Assembly: GCA_958009085.1 (NCBI GenBank)
Contig: OY253690.1
Coordinates: 186,001 to 250,000 of the forward strand
Origin: Protoeuglena noctilucae
Lineage: Eukaryota
Direction of reading: 5' to 3'
Length of the DNA: 64,000 nucleotides
Below the pieces are notes generated by a model. The model was not told where the DNA came from. It worked only from the letters and a program-made list of their open reading frames with translations, and searched no databases. Made by a program: the position numbers and the translations under genes. Below are positions 61,801 to 64,000 of this stretch, one piece after another; the stretch's first letter is position 1, and the number at the start of each line of letters is the position of its first letter.

Positions 61801-64000
61801 GATGCCCAACGCAGCACCCCTGCCCATCCCTGCAGCGCCCAAAGCCCAGCCCCGCCATGCGCCCCCCCAAGGCCCCCTTGCTCCCCAAGCTGCCCGCAAA
61901 GGGCCTGGTTAAGAAACCCGCTAAGAAGGCTCTGCAACCTCCCTTCGCGTCCCACGCTCGCCCTGCAGCCCAGCCCCGGCCCGAGCCCCCAAACGACGGC
62001 ATCGCTCCCCGGCCCGACGCTGCGGTGGGGACCCGCGCTTTGGCTGCGGCGCCGCCTCTGCCGCAGGAGATCGACACGTGTCACTCCGAGGCGGCAGACG
62101 CGGAGGTGGAGGCCGAGACGTCGTCGGAGCTGATGGGGCTGATGGCGGAGGCGGGGGCCAAGTTCAGCGAGAGCGCCGTGCAGTGAGTGAAGATGGGGGC
62201 GGGGTGCTTGTGGCATGGTACCCGCCACTGCATACAACTGCATATGGCAGCAACTGGTGCACCATACAAAGCGACTTCGACTTACGGCTGCTACCCTGTG
62301 TAGCATCAGAAGCCTGTCGCATGCGTTTGCGCCCTCCCTGGCCCTGTCATCCTCACTGCACCTTCGTTCTTTGCCCAGTCGGATGCTCGACCACCCTCCG
62401 CCGTACGATGTCCGCGCGAGTGACTCCATCCCTGAGGGGCAGCTCAACACGCTCCGTCGCGTCGTGGAGAAGGTGGAGGAGAAGCTTAAGAAGCGCATGA
62501 ACATAGACGGGTGAGTGTCGGGTGTCGGGGGGACTTCTCGTGTTTGCTGGGTTCGCGTGTGGTGGCCGTGGCATCGCGTGCTTGGATGCGTGCCGCGCTG
62601 ATGGGAGAAGCAGACACGTGTTACATGTGATAACCTACGGCCTGATGTCGCCCACGCGCACCCGCCTCCCGCATTGTCGCCTACCTTCCCACCTCACCCC
62701 TCCCATCCCAACCCAACAGGCCCCTGCGATGGGCAGACCTTGAGGCCCGCCCAAACCTGTGGGACGCCATTGCTAAGGACCTGGAGCGCGAGGCGGGCCT
62801 GGATCCCTTTCAGTTCATCAAGTTCCAAGCGCGCCGCGAGAGGCAAATGAACGTGGGCCTCATGCCCTTCCTGCATCTGGAGAGGTTAGCACAAGCGTTC
62901 CCAGCTATCTCGGTGGGATGGATGGATCCCAAATCGCCTTTACTGCCACGAGGGTCGGCGTTCCTGTTTTGAAGCACCCGTCACTGCCGCTGAGGTGCTT
63001 TAGATATGGATCACAACTCACTCACGTCCCCGTCTGTCGCCACCCACCCATCCACACAGGAAGTCCTTCACGTCCTTCGGCCGGCACTTCACCAAGCCCG
63101 ACATGCTTATGAAAATCTGGTGAGGAACCAGATGTGTGCTGCCATGCTCTCAGTTTCGCAAGTGACACTCTCATCACATTTCTGGGCCGGAGAGAGTGGG
63201 CCACCCCGCCTGGCTGGCCGTTTCGTCACACGATGCGTTGCCTGATTGGGTTCCTGCATGTCGTCTCTGCCCCTCCCATCGCCAGTGCCCGTCCCGCCGC
63301 TCTCCTTGCCCCGTCGCTCGTCGTCGACCCCAACCCCATTGCCCAACCCCATCGCCCACGCGGCCCTCTCCCCCCAGCCACCGCGTCTGCAAGTACCTGC
63401 GCCCCGACGACGTCGTCGTCGACTTCTCGTGTGGCTTGAACGACTGGGTGCCGAAGATGATCGAGGAGTGCGGCAGGAGGGGCGTCCAGGTGTCCGGGAG
63501 GTCCTTTGACATCGTCACCACCGCCAACGCCGAGCCGTGGTTCTCGGTCAAGTCGTGGTTCGAGGTCAACGAGGTGAGGGAGCGAATGCTTGTAAGTTAT
63601 AGCATTACATATGGGAGGGTAGCAGGTATATGCGAGTCATGGTGTTGACCGTCACCGAAGAAGTAAGGAGAGCGGGCGCAACCCCAATCGCGGTCGCAAT
63701 GGCGGGCCACGGGTTTCGACGTTTGCCGCACGCAGCCAGCGCTCTCCCACTTCCCCGTCGATCCAATCCGCCGAGTGTGTTCCCCTCGCCTTCCCCGTCC
63801 CAGGACGACCTGCGCGTCCACGGAGACAACATGGTCGTGGGCCTCAACCCCCCCTTTGGCTCCGACACTCAGAACCTCGCCTCCCTCTTCGTGCTACGCG
63901 CCGCTCTCTTCCGCCCCCGCCTCATGATCCTCATCGTGCCCCCCAGCACCGTCGTGCCTGCCAAGGGCACATGGGTCAACCAGCCCGTGAAGCTGGGCGT
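58892..64000 (+). CDS. EDM2: EDM2-like protein (atypical PHD fingers + N6-adenine methyltransferase-like domain), 3' partial
   Basis: ICAQCDDGGSLVTCSGEYCGRSFH, CGIFWHASC, FTCPRHVCSVC, CRRCPAAFHVAC, MPFLH, FTSFGRHFTKPD, DVVVDFSCGLNDW, VGLNPPFG and FRPRLMILIVPP follow the EDM2 motif order. Start uncertain. Confidence 0.85.

Noticed and set aside
48698..64000. Functional clustering of an FPA-like RRM gene with EDM2 (and with DIS3 and THOC7)
   Set aside because: Unrelated genes are interspersed, there is no SPOC domain to support FPA orthology, and proximity alone is weak evidence in eukaryotes.

Overview
GC-rich, intron-dense eukaryotic nuclear DNA, most consistent with a flagellated green alga (inferred from a Rubisco LSMT-like gene, plant-type serine decarboxylase, EDM2-like gene and ciliary CCDC180). 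Most ORFs in the supplied track are antisense or out-of-frame shadows. Spliced genes read by eye, in order: a low-complexity orphan (-), LSMT-like SET methyltransferase, THOC7, GINS PSF1, serine decarboxylase, a membrane protein and a WD40 protein. Next is a ~9 kb accessory island (19.3-28.45 kb) of duplicated small coiled-coil genes and intact or decayed F-box/ankyrin genes. After it come CCDC180, a flavin amine oxidase with PTS1, an atypical Ser/Thr kinase, a small 2-exon protein, a DIS3-family exonuclease, UNC-50, a large helical-repeat/ankyrin/2xRRM protein, a GT47 exostosin and an EDM2-like PHD + N6-methyltransferase-like gene running off the right edge. The most notable signals are the island, whose duplicated coding exon is far more diverged than its intron, frequent GC-AG introns, the algal EDM2 homolog and the ankyrin-RRM architecture. 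All family calls come from motif recognition without database searches, and several gene ends are approximate.
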